64,000 nt of DNA from positions 32,416,001-32,480,000 of the forward strand of contig CP068257.2 in NCBI GenBank assembly GCA_009914755.4, written 5' to 3'. The stretch is from the human T2T-CHM13v2.0 reference genome, Homo sapiens. The notes under the pieces are model-generated. The model was not told the DNA's origin. It saw nothing but the letters and a program-made list of their open reading frames with translations, and did not search any database. This document shows, one piece after another, positions 27,726 to 40,328 of this stretch. The translations under genes were made by a program, and so were the position numbers. Within the stretch, counting starts at the first letter, position 1, and every line of letters starts with the position of its first letter.

Positions 27726-29651
27726 AAAAAATGGAGGAAGACACACTCTTTTTGTGGTAAGGTTAGGAATAATTTTTAAATCATCACTATAATCTTTTGG
27801 TTATTTAAAGAGATTGGAACATGGAAGAAAATCTAACATAGTAGACAGCCTGGCATATTACACTTGCAATTTTAATTTGAAACATTTAAGAGGATATAAT
27901 TAATTGAATTTGTAGACAGTCTTTGGAAGTTGTATTATTGGGGTACAATCTAACCACAAAATGTAATGGCTCAAAGATGATAGAAGTTTATTTCATTTTT
28001 TGTTAACAGTCAGTAGTGAAATGGTCCAGAGCTGGAGGCCAAGCAGCCTTGTGATTTGAGGTCTTCTAAGGAATTGGTTCCTTCTCTCCTTTGGTTCTCC
28101 CTTGGCCTAGGGTGTTATCTTCATAAGCATGGTTGATGGTGGCTCACTACCACATCAACGGGAAGTGGGAAAGAAGAAAGTCTATGGCAAGTGTCTTTAA
28201 GGAGATGCGCTCATTGTAGCACACATCATATCTGCTCATATTCCATTGGCCCAAACATAGTCACATGGTGACAGCCAGCTGCAAAGGAGCTTGGGAAATG
28301 TAGTCTGTGGTTGTGTGGTCATGCAACTAGTTAAAGCTTAAGGGTTTTAGCTAAAAGGAAAAGAGGGGAGAATTAACACTAGAAAACAGTCGATACTTAT
28401 CCACCATGAAGCTTAAGAGAAGCTCATTCCCTAGATTTATTAAATTTCAATAATCGCTTAAAGGCTTAGAAAGATCTTGTCAGGTTTATGAGTTTGCCAT
28501 ATCAGGTTGAAGTGTTTTAGAGAATCAGATATATTTTAATTTCAAATGCACTAAAAATGTCTTAGGAAGTTTAATAAAGAACAGAAATTTATTGTCTCAT
28601 AGTTCTGGAGTCTGGGAAGTCCAAGATCAAGATGCTGGAAGGTTCAGTTGTCTGGTGAGGGTTTGGTCTCTGCATTCAAGATGGTGCTTTTGAGTGCTGC
28701 ATCCTCTGGAAGGAGGAATGCTGTGTCTTCACATGGTGGAAGGCAGAAGGGCAAGCAAGGTGTATTCACTCCATCAAGCCCTTTTAAAAGGGCACCTAAT
28801 TCCATTCTAGATGGAGGAGCCCTCATGGCCTAATCATCTCTTAAAGGCCCCACCTTTTATCACATTGGCAACACATGAATTTTTCAAAGGACACATTCAA
28901 ACCATAGCAGAACCTTTGGACAGGTTTCTATTACTTATGACCAAAAAACCCTGAGGAAGACAGTTTCTCCTCCAACCCCCTTATGTTTCTATGTGTCTCT
29001 GTGTCACAGAGCTCACAGCTACATTTCTAAAATTATGACAACTCTCAACACATGCATGAATGGAGGAGACACCCATGGTACCCATTGGTTGCCTGTCTAG
29101 CCTCCCCTTTGCTGCAAACTGTTTCTCCTTAGCTATAACCTCCAAATTTGTAGGGTTCAGAGGTAGTTATTAGCAGCCACAGTGATATGATTTGATCTAC
29201 TCTTTAGACCTGGCTGATTGGCCCAAGGGTGGACCAATGAACCAGTTTAGGCTAATCAAGTGCCAATTGAAGGAGAGCCTTGGAGTATCCCTTGGTGTTT
29301 AGAGGGATTATATGTAGACCAAGGAGCTGAGAATGGCTATCATCTATTGTGCAGATGGGAGAGCAGAGAAAAAGGGCCCTTTCAGAGAGAGAAGAAAGCT
29401 GACTGGCAGAGAAACAGAAAAAAAATGTGGAGAGCATCTTGGTTCTAGTCAGTTCCTGAGACTGTCAGCTGCATATTGCCTCGAGTCCTGGGAGACATCC
29501 GGTACACTTATAATAATTTATCTAGAGTCAGTTTCTACTATTTGTAACCCACAGAATTCTACCTAATACGCCTGAAAATATATTAAACTCATTGTGTAAA
29601 GCAATCTTGTGAGTTTTGTTTTCGAGAGAGCTACTTAGTTGTCTCAATTAG

Positions 29652-29664
29652 TGGAAAATTCCAG
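29652..29664 (+). promoter_or_regulatory. Candidate tonicity-responsive element (TonE/NFAT5 site) TGGAAAATTCCAG
   Basis: Fits TonE consensus TGGAAANNYNY and differs at one position from the BGT1 TonE TGGAAAAGTCCAG. About 10.1 kb upstream of MRPS6/SLC5A3 exon 1. Motif match only. Confidence 0.3.
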
Positions 29665-31889
29665 TGCAGATCTGACCTTTGGGTTTCAGAGTACAGGGAC
29701 TGATCCAAGGCATGTGCCCTGGTAAGCCCAAAAAATCAAGCTTACCTAAAACTCAACTCTTTCAGTAACTCTAGCCTGATAATCACTGCAAAATACCCAA
29801 CAATGACTGAGTGTTAGAAAGTTATAGGCAACTAACCATTTTTGACTTGTATAACATCTTATTATACTTAGAATAACTTATAGGGTGATATCCAAATTGC
29901 ATTATATGGTCTATGGCATAGACTGCTAGTTTACCGTACTCTGCAACGTAAAGCTACATTTCCCAGCCTTTCTTGAAGGCAAGGCAGGTCCACAGGAAGG
30001 ACAAAGTTCTGATCCATGGAATATGAGTGTAAGTGATGGGTTCAACTTCTGGGCCACTTCTTTAAAGGGAATTACTCAAGTCTTTTTTCTATTTTGCCAT
30101 ACTGTTCCTGGAATGTGAACATGGTGCTGGGAGCGGAACAGCCATAAAGAACCATGAGATTTAAGCCATGTCTTGTAAATAGACAGCAAGCTGGAAAAAG
30201 CCTGAGTCCCATGCCCTGGTTACATTCAGATCTTTCCACGAGAGACAAAGTCTTGTTTAAGTCACTGTTACTTTGACTTTTGTTTCAGTAGCTGAACCAG
30301 TACCCTGGCTATAATATAGTCTTTGCATGGGAAAACAAAAAAGGAATGACTTTTATTGAGTCACAAATGGTCTAAATGTGGGCAGTTGTGCACTCTTGGA
30401 AAAAGCACCCAGGCTGCAGAAACAACTTAGCCCATGTGAGATGAGGAGTACCCATCTCACAAGGTGGAGGAACAAGGGAACATTTAGCCCAGAGAAGGGA
30501 GGGCTCAGGATAGACTATAAAACTGTCTTCAGACACAGGAGCTCATGTGACAGAGGGAGTAGACTTGTGCCATACGGCCCCACGGGTCTGAACTAAGACC
30601 AATAGGTTATGCAGGAAACTGAAGTGCTATGACCCAAAGAGTTCTGTCAGTCAGGGTTCTTGGCTATGAGCTACAGAAACAGACTCTGTGTAAAGCAAAA
30701 AAGAAATTTATTGAAATGATATTTGGGGGAATCACAGAATGGACTAGAGACCAGGGGACTGGCCAGGAGCCAAAAGCACTCTGGAGGGCTGGTAACCAGG
30801 AAGATTGGAAGCCACAGGCATGGAGCAGCAACGGTCTGGCCAACATCATGAGTGACTCTAACTGTTCCTCATGTTGTCCACTCAGGATTCAAAAGCATGG
30901 GGGAAGAGTCTGATTGGCCGCAGTTGAATGTCTTCCCTTCCTTGACTAAATGTAGGGTAGGAAAGGGGAAAATTTGGCTCTGTTGACTCTGGTATGAGAG
31001 TCAGGCACCACCTCCAAGAGGAACCAAGATGCTATGAGACAAATGTCCTGTGCTACCTGCAAAGATGCTTTTGAAGCCCATGAATCTGTGACCAGTGGCT
31101 CAGAATTGGGAAGGACTTGTCTATTCAACAGTTAGCTCCTTTCCTACTTCCCTCACATGCGCACACACTCTGCTGAATGATTCTGGTGATGAAAGGCTGA
31201 CTATCTCCCAAGTTCTTCCTCATGTGAAGATGAAATCAAGGCTGGGAGTTTAGACACTGCCTGGCGCTTAAGTCCCTCCCACTTTGGTCTCACTTTTGTA
31301 GAGTTGAGTCCCGTGATTCTCTTACTGAAAACTTTCCTCCTGTCAAACTTATTCACCCCATGTCACCACCCTCTGACCCCACCAAAACATCTTGTGCTCA
31401 TTCTCTTTCCTCTTATTTGTAAAATGTTATCCATTCTTCACATTCCAGCTTAAGTCCCACATCATACATGAAACATTCCTGAACCATCCCAGTTCAAAGT
31501 AATCCCTCTCTGGAAATTTTTGCCCTTAATCTTGATTAGACAGTTAATCACACTCTTTTTTATATGTTTTCTATTTTTTAGAATAGATATTTCAATCTTG
31601 TTAGGACAATTTAACTGTAAACACATTTATATCTTCTCTTGCTACCTAGATTTCTTACGCATCTTTGCATCTCCTGTAAACTATTTCTTATACTTCTTTG
31701 CATCTCCTGTAGAACTTAATGGGACTTTTTGTTTGTTTTGTCTTAATTGACTTGAATACCAGAAGTGGGTGTGATCTTGATCCTTTTATCCAGGAATTTG
31801 GGGAAGGGGAAACAGAGGAAGATGAAGATAGATGTACATCAGACAAACCAAAATGACTTTCCTCTGAGCATAATGATGTGAATGACTTA

Positions 31890-32740
31890 TATTTTTACAG
31901 TTTTGAGGTATAATTGATGTATAATAAACCATACATATTTAATGTATACAACTTGATATGTGTATATATAATCCATGAAACCATTGCCCTAATCGAGATA
32001 ATAAATATATCCATCACGCCCTCAGTTTCCTTATGCCACTTCATAATCTCTCTACTTCATTCTGACCCCAAGCAGCCATTGATTCATTTTATGTCACTAT
32101 AAGTTTGTATTTTCTAGAATTGTATATAAATAGAACCATTTAGTATGTACTCTTTTCTGTCTGGCTTCTTTCACTAAGCATAATTATTTTGAGATTCATC
32201 CATATTGTTGAATATATCAACAGTTCATTCCTTCTATTGCTGAGCAGAATTTCATTGTATAGGTATATCACAATTTGTTTTTCCATTCACCTGTTGATGG
32301 TTATTTGAGTTGTTTCAGTTATTGACTATTACAAACAAAGCTGCTGTGCACATTTGTGTACAAGTGTTTGTGCGGGCACATGCTTTCATTCATCTTAGAT
32401 AAATATCTAGGAGTACAATGGCTGGTCACATGGTAGGTCTGTGTATAACATTGCAAGAAATTACCGAAATGATCACACAATGTACATTCCCATAAGCAGT
32501 GCATGTTTCAGTTGCTCCATCTTCCCACCAGCACTTGGTGTTTTGAGTCTTTCTAATTTTAGCCATTCTAATAGGTATGCAGTGGTATTTCATTCCAGTT
32601 TTAATTTGTATTTTCTTAATAACTGATGTTGAAGATCTTTTCATGTGCTTATTGGCCCATCTTTGATGAAGTGTCTGTTCATTTAAAATGTTTAAAAAAT
32701 GGGTTGTTTTCTGTTTTCTTTTACTGGGTCTCTTTTCAAC
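31890..32740 (-). mobile_element. Old L1 (L1M-like) 3' end, reverse orientation
   Basis: Reverse complement of L1 ORF2 C-terminus and 3'UTR (…ccattcacctgttgatgg…gctgctgtgcacatttgtgtacaagtgtttgtg…ggagtacaatggctggtcacatggtaggtctgtg…cccaccagcacttggtgttttgagtctttctaattttagccattctaataggtatgcagtggtatttcattccagttttaatttgtattttc…; 3' end ggtataattgatgtataataaaccatacatatttaatgtatacaacttgatat). Confidence 0.8.
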
Positions 32741-34678
32741 CATGGCTGATGATCACGAGGGCATTCTCCCATGTAGATCAACAGAACCATGTCCAGTCAG
32801 TCCCAGCAACAGGGGGTGGCATGAGCCTCACAGATGGCTGGACTTTGAGATGACACCTGCATGTTGACTGTCTTACCAGGAAGTGTTGCCTGGCAGTGTC
32901 ATGACACTTAGGTGGGGACCCAGTGAAGGTTTTGGGACTGACCCCCTCCTCTTGGTTAAAGCCCCGAATTAAGAGACTATTAGAGAAATAAGAGTTACTA
33001 CCTCAGCTCCTCAGAAGATGATCATGTTGCTATGAAGACTGATGAAAATAAAACATCCAAGAAGAAATGCTAATGAATTGAAGTGTAATAGAAGCCTTAC
33101 ATTAGGAGCTGTGGAAATACCAAAGGTGCATGTGGCCAGAACAAAGGCTAGTTGGTCAAGAATGTTTCTGGAGAAGAAACCCAAGACCGTAGTTGACACT
33201 GGCCCCATGAGCTGCCCCTCACACATCTCAGCAGTCGCCAAGCCCTGTGGTTCTGGTCTCCACCGCTCCTCTCTGCAGCCACCACAACGCCCTCCTCTGC
33301 ATTCCAGAGCAGGCACGCTTGCCCCCTTTGAAGCCTTCTGGGCCTCATCTCCTTCTGTCCTTTCATCTCCAGCCTTAAAACTCCATGCTGAGTGGGCCTG
33401 GCTCACCCAGCTCTCCCCGCCTGGCCCTGAGGACTGCCCCCCAGTTGATTTTGCGGGGTCCTCCCGAGGACCTTTGTTTAGCGCCTGGCCAGGGAGGCCC
33501 AGCCCCTGGAGACCCCTGCCCACCGCAGCAGTCTCTGGTGCCTGGCCTTTGTTCCCTTTACTAAATCTAAAATGCTTCCACATGTGTTCTTCTGATTTTG
33601 CAGTCGTGGAGAAAGAACATGAGGCTGTTTAATACCTCCAATTTCATTGACATTTAACATTAAGAACACTTGTGGGCCTGTTGGGGGACACTTTACAATC
33701 TTGTTATTAGGAAAAACTCTTTCAGCAAGCAGTGATGCAAGCAGTATTTTGTCTTTTTAAAGTCATAAGAGTTTTTAAAAAAATTCTCTCTTTCTTAAAA
33801 AAGATATTGTAGTAGAAGAATATCTCTCAAAAACATCCCATAATTTTTTTTTGGCAGGATAGGGTGAGATGGGGCTGGGAATAAGAGAACATGAGATTTA
33901 GGCAATCTTTCCTTTACCTTTTTTCTTATAAGTAGAGCCCAAGTTGAACCACACCCCCACCGTTGATGAAAGTTAGAAAAATAATCATGAAATTGGTGGA
34001 TTAAAAGAAAGAAAATGTTTAAAGAGCTCTCCAAATGTCCGCCCTAAGAAGTTCCATACAGTATTCCATTGTGCAAGGAACACAACCAATAGCACTTACA
34101 AGCTGACAGAGTTAGAGAGGTACAAATTAGCCTATGTAGCACCTGGGGGCTTATGGAGAAGAAAAAGAAGAATCAAAGCAAATGGGCATGGCCAAGAAGG
34201 TCTGAAAGGTGGGTGAGGGTGAGTGTAGGGGGATCAGGAAATACCAGCGGTTTCACTGATAAAAGTTACAAACGAAATACATTTGAAATGTGACTTGCAT
34301 TTGGGCCATTGGCTGAGGAACACAGATACATACAGGGCAGCAAGGCAAATAAATGGGGTTTTACAGGCCCAGGTCCTAGGAGTCAGTTAGGGAACAATCC
34401 CAGGACTTAGTGATGCAAAATTGGGGAGTTGGAGTATACTTTACCATGAATGGAGGCTCACTTTTATCTAGGAGAAGATGACAGGCTGATGAGAGTGATG
34501 ACTGACAGCTTAACAGATGATTTGGTGCTACCTTGGGATCACTGTCTCCATTAACTGGAAACAGTCACATTTCGCCACTTTCTGGGGGCAGTATTTAGAG
34601 ACACAAGGTTACCTAAGCAGAATGATGATTTGTGCTTATCTTACCTCTTCCCAATGACTGTTAGAACTCACCTTTTAG

Positions 34679-34898
34679 GGCCAGGTGCAGTGGCTCATGC
34701 CTGCAATCGCAACACTTTGGGAGGCCGAGGCAGGCGGATCACTTGAGGTCAGGAGTTCAAGACCAGCCTGGCCAATACGGTGAAACCCCGTCTCCATTAA
34801 AAGTAGAAAAATTAGCCGGGCATGGTGGCGGGTGCCTGTAATCCCAGCTACTAGGGAGACTCTGTCTCAAAAAAAAAAAAAAAAAAAAAAAAAGAAAA
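34679..34898 (+). mobile_element. Alu with right-arm internal deletion, A30 tail, 13-bp TSD
   Basis: ggccaggtgcagtggctcatgcctgcaatcgcaacactttgggaggccgaggcagg…agctactagggagactctgtctcaaaaa… Flanking repeats actcaccttttag at 34666-34678 and 34901-34913. Confidence 0.9.
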
Positions 34899-36476
34899 GA
34901 ACTCACCTTTTAGAATACAGGAGTATCACACTCACAATGGATTAATCCATTAGCAACAGTAAAACTGCCATCATGGCATCATGGCACGCAGTGCATGCCT
35001 AAGAAGAATATGGCAAGCAAAAGTTTTTTCTTTGAATTGTGCCACCCCAGGGCTCTATGGCTTTGGATAAATAATGTACCTTGTTTTTGTATCAGATTCC
35101 TTATCTACAGACAAGGAGATCACTCATTTATTCACTTTCCACTGCCCACCTGTACTGTTAGGGTAAACCGGGATTCTGGCAGGAAAGATCAGTTTAAGGC
35201 TGTTTAGAGCCAAACTCCAATGCACTTGGATCATGGGAACTCATGTTATGGGCAAGTCTTGCCTTAAATCCTTGCTGCTGAGACACCTCCTTGCTTTGCA
35301 GAACAGCGCATTCAGGGACAGAAGGGGAAAAAGGAGCCAGACACAGGGACCAAGGAGACAAAGGAAAACCCCAAGAGTACAGGATCATGGATGGCCAAGA
35401 AGAGACCCTCAGGACTGCAGAGAGGTCCCTGACGATGATGCCAGGGAAACTACTTGGTGGACAAATGGAAGGCCAGTGGTGACAGTGTGAGGGAACACAG
35501 AGTGCAAAGGCTGGAAGATGCAGTGGGTCTGGGGATATGTGGCTGTGAGAAGAAGAAAAGAATGACAACTTGAGAGGGTAACAGGGTTATGACGAGGTTT
35601 TTCTTCCCCCTAGCTAGAAGAGACCTATATATGCTTCATGGCAGCAGGAAGAAGTCTGTGCAAGGGGAGAATTTGGCCACTTAAGGGAGGGCATTATATG
35701 GGTGCAAGGAGTGGGAGACTGCCATCACCCAGGGAAGAGGACAGAGTAGGACTACAATAAAAGTTGGTTGATCGACAGATAGTTGCTCAGTTTGCACTGG
35801 CTGGTAAACATAATGCTGTATGGTATTGGGGTTAAGCGTGCAGGCTCTGAGTTCTGCATAATTTGGGGCAAGTTGCTGAGATGTTTATGAAGTCTCCTTT
35901 TCCCTATATGTAAAATGGGGGCAGTTATAATACATATCTTTGTGGTAAGAACTGAGAGTTAATACATGCAAATAATTTAAAATAGGTTCTGGTTCATAGT
36001 TAATGCTCAAAATGTTAGACTCAGTAATAAAAATAATGGCCATCTTTGAGGATTAACGATTGAAAGCTCAAGGTCAAGTCTCATTATACAGCAACATAAA
36101 AGAAGAAGGTAAAGGTGATTAAACTGACCCAGGGCATATCTTGAGGTTCCTTTTTTACAAATAGGGCTGGATTTCAACTTCTGTTCTTATTCTTCTTTCC
36201 TATTCCCCCTCAAAAAAACTTACTTGAAAATTAATCAAACTTCTGGTTAATCAAATCTTAAACACATACCATAATAAATGTTTTGGAGAATCTAAGAGAG
36301 TCATTTTTAAATTAATATATCAAATGCTGCAGTAATATATTTCTATTATGCTGACTATACATAGTATAAAGTTAAAAATTGTTTTGGTGAATTTAAGTTT
36401 GTAGTTATAGTAGGAAGACACTAAATTTGCAACAGCATTCCTCGTGATTTAAAAAAAATCTTTTTTTTTTAAATGA

Positions 36477-36833
<357 letters not shown>

Positions 36834-37213
36834 TGAAGGGGGAAAATCACAGTAGCTGCCCTCTCTCTGCTTTTAAGAAATGGAATGAGTCTGTGGGTGG
36901 CTACCAGACTGGGAGGGCTTGGGGATGCTGACTCTGTGGTGAGGTATTACGCAGTCAGGTTAATTTCCTTATACCACTTGTCAAGTTAGAAGGAGTAGAG
37001 AAGATGCCAGGTCTTCACTCATCCCTGGGCATTAAGGGAAAACTAAAGAGCTTCCAAGAGGAAATGCTCTGAGTTGAAGTCAGCTCATTGCGCCGCCTCA
37101 GTGTTTGACTTGGCATATTACTACGGGGTCTTTATTTTCTCATTACTAAACTGGGTCATGTAATTGACAAGACAGGGGACAGTCGGGGTGGGACCATTCT
37201 AGAAAATCTGTAA

Positions 37214-37523
<310 letters not shown>

Positions 37524-38869
37524 TGAAGGTCCAGAAATTCCTTGTTTCCTTCTGTTATTTATAGTACGCTACTTATTTAAACCAAACATGAAGTTAATTG
37601 ACACTTAGCCAGGCAATTTGGATTACCTGTGTGGCTTCACACAGGTATGGGTTGTAGACAAGTCTAAAAATAGAAAATGTTAAAATCCAGCTATCTCAGA
37701 AAAACTTGGGTTCATCTCCATCTCCTACCTCCCATATGTCACAAATAGACGCATGGGATGTGAAATGGTAACCTCTGGGTAAGGTGACAAAGGTACTCTA
37801 ATCTTGGCTTACGTGGACTACACGGTTAATCCACTGAATAACAATCAGCATCTTCATCTGTGTGGTAGGAGAACCGGAGGTCAGAAGGGTAGAGGGGCGG
37901 CTAAAAGTACTTTGTTTCTATTACTGTATGACCTTGGACTAGTTACAAAACTTTTTGTGCCTACATTTCCTAATCCCTAATATGGGGTTAACAGTGCTTG
38001 CCTCTGTTTAAAAAAATTACTCAGTGATGCTTACTAAAGCATGGTAAGAAAGACTTTATTCAGGACCAACGCGATGGGTACAGGGATCAGGGAAACCCGG
38101 GGAGAGAGAGTGGGCTCCAATTCTGAATGCAGCGTCGGCAAGTAGAAATTTATGGCCATGTAAAATCACTAAGAGTAACCATCAGGGGGAAGAGGGATTC
38201 TGGCTCAACCGATCTAAAGGATTCTTGTAGAACTCAGGCCAGGGTGAAAAGACATGACTGGGGGATAAAGGAAGATGAGGAACCTGATCTGCTATGAGGG
38301 GATGGGGGTTCTGTGCTAGAACTGGATTTTACAAGGAAGTGCACAGATGGGCCTAGCATGAGATTCAGAAGCCTGACTAAAGTTTGGCCAAGCAAAGAAT
38401 CTTTGTCACCTCAGGGCTGTTGTGAGAATTTTAGGAGACACATCCACCAGCCTTGGCATGGGGCCTGATGCAGAGTAAGTGTTCACTAAACTTTACCTAT
38501 TAACGTTAAAGCACTTTAAGTTGACAAACACTCCACGTACAGAGCTTTTAATGGGGCAAACAAGGGGCAGAGGCCTCAGCTGCAGGGTACTCAACCTCTA
38601 AGGAAGGGCGCTGGAGAAAACTGCACTTGCAGAGCCCCTGGCTGGAGGGCGGAGAACCATGTGGGTGTAAAGGGATGGCAAGGGCAGAACGTATGCCCCT
38701 GCCCACCTTAGACAGTTGCTAAAGGGTCTCCCAGGCACTCAGCCTAGCCTTTAAGTGAAAGCGGAGGAAACATTTAAAGAAATGAGATAGAGTTAAGGTG
38801 TTCGCCTGCCCTCCGCTGAAACACGTGGGGGCAGGTCAGGGGCACACCACAAATGCCCGTATCGCGCCT

Positions 38870-38995
38870 GTGTGTACCAGGCACCGTCCTCGGAGGTTAA
38901 CGTGCAGTAACTCACTCGGGTCCCCACTTTCGGCACAGGCAGCAGGCCCAAGGTCACGCAGTGCCAAGGGACTGAGTCAGACCCGAGCCCGCGCG
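38870..38995 (-). mobile_element. MIR SINE core, reverse orientation, at the 5' edge of the CpG island
   Basis: tgtgtaccaggcaccgtcctcggaggttaacgtgcagtaactcactcgggtccccactttcggcacaggcagcaggcccaaggtcacgcagtgccaagggactgagtcagacccgagcc matches reverse complement of MIR (tgtgccaggcactgtgctaagcgctttacatg…tcccattttacagatgaggaaactgaggctcagagaggttaagtgacttgcccaaggtcacacagctagtaagtggcagagctgggatt). Confidence 0.75.
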
Positions 38996-39253
38996 CCGCG
39001 GCCCACGGCCTGTGCCAGCGCGCTCCTCGCCGGGTAGGGGGCCTGGTCAGCCGCGTCAGACCTGAGAGTTGTGGCTGGGGGCGAGAGCTGCACCCCCCTA
39101 CCGACCCCGGGCGGGAATGTTCCAGAACCCCTGCGAGCAGCCGTTGGCCGCACAGCCCCCGGGCCGGCCGCGACCCCGCCTTGCGCCGCGAAGGTCCCTA
39201 GCTCCGGGGAGTCGCGGGCGAGGGGCACGCGCACGGACGAGACCGCACCGCAG

Positions 39254-39263
39254 CGCACGCGCA
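39254..39263. promoter_or_regulatory. NRF-1-like motif GCGCACGCGC
   Basis: Matches the NRF-1 core GCGCAYGCGC, about 510 bp upstream of the MRPS6 ATG. Motif match only. Confidence 0.3.
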
Positions 39264-39459
39264 CTGGCGGGCACTCACTCGCCCGCCGCCCGGGAGGAGA
39301 AGGAAGGCATGGAAAGTTCCAGCCGGTTCGAGAGCTAGGTAGCAGGCATGGCAGGAGGCGGGGTAGGGGCAGGCAGGGTCGCGAGGGGGCGTGCGGCCGC
39401 CGCGAGCCGCTCTGGGCCGCGTCTGCAGCACCGCCCCTAGCCGCGGCCGGCGGGCTGGG

Positions 39460-39600
39460 CTGGGGTCGGGGCGGGGGCGGTGCGGCGGGTGCGGGGCTGC
39501 GGAGGGGGCGTGGCGGCCGCCCGCGGGCGGAGAGGGGGCGGGGCGGCGGCAAGGCGCGCGGGCGGGGCGGGGCGCGCCGAGGGGGCGTGGCGCGGCGTCT
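39460..39600 (+). promoter_or_regulatory. Cluster of GC boxes (Sp1-type GGGGCGGGG) upstream of the MRPS6 ATG
   Basis: gggtcggggcgggggcggtgcggcgggtgcggggctgcggagggggcgtggcggcc…gagagggggcggggcggcggcaaggcgcgcgggcggggcggggcgcgccgagggggcgtggcgcgg contains multiple GGGCGG/GGGGCGGGG motifs. The motif gagggggcgtggcg recurs three times (39377, 39501, 39581). Confidence 0.6.
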
Positions 39601-39770
39601 GCGCAGCTGCCAGCGCCTTTAAGCCCGGGCTCGCGCTCTCGGACCGTGCTTTCGCCGCCTGGGAGCCGTCCGGCGCAGCAGTTTCTAGGTCCCCACTGTC
39701 CCCGCCGTCCCGCCCCTTCGCGTCCCGGGAACCGGCTGGCTTCCGAGCCGCACTCGCCGATCCTCCAGGC

Positions 39771-39815
39771 ATGCCCCGCTACGAGCTGGCTTTAATCCTG
39801 AAAGCCATGCAGCGG
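39771..39815 (+). CDS. MRPS6: MRPS6 (mitochondrial ribosomal protein S6) coding exon 1: MPRYELALILKAMQR, spliced out at the GTAAGT donor
   Basis: ATG at 39771 encodes MPRYELALILKAMQR, the recognised N-terminus of human MRPS6. It is followed immediately by the consensus 5' splice site cag|GTAAGT at 39816. Lies within the CpG island. The remaining MRPS6 exons are not in this window. Confidence 0.85.
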
Positions 39816-39821
39816 GTAAGT
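39816..39821 (+). other. MRPS6: 5' splice donor (GTAAGT) of MRPS6/SLC5A3 exon 1
   Basis: cagcgg|gtaagtgac matches the consensus donor, phase 0 after codon R15. Confidence 0.8.
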
Positions 39822-40328
39822 GACCTTCCCTCAGAGCCGGTCTTCCCGCGCGGGCGCCCCCGCTGCCGCTAGGCCGCCGTCCCCCGCGCGCCCTGGCCGC
39901 GGGACGCCGGGCCTTCCTGCACTCCTCGGAGGAGGCCGGGGCGGCGGGCGGGCGGCGGGCGTCCGCGGGAAGGGGGCGCGCGTGGGCCGGCCGGGCCCGG
40001 CCGCGTGCGCGCGGGAGGCGGGGGTGTGCCTGCGCGTGTGCGCGGTCCGGGAGGGTGTGCCTCGCAAGCGGCCCGCCGGGCGGGGGGCGGGGCGGACCGA
40101 GCGGGCCCCGACCCCGATCCCGGCGCCGGCCCGCGGGAGTCCAGTGGAAGGTCCGCGGGAGGACACGCGCGGGCGCCCAGCCCGACTCCGGCCCGTCCCC
40201 GCCAGTCGTGAAGCTGCCTCGTCGCCGGCCCCGCCGCCGCCGCCTGGTCCGTCCCGCTCCGCCGCCCGCCGGCTGCCGCCGACCGCCTCCGCTCTAGCGC
40301 CCGCCGGCCGCCCGGAACGTCCGCGCCC

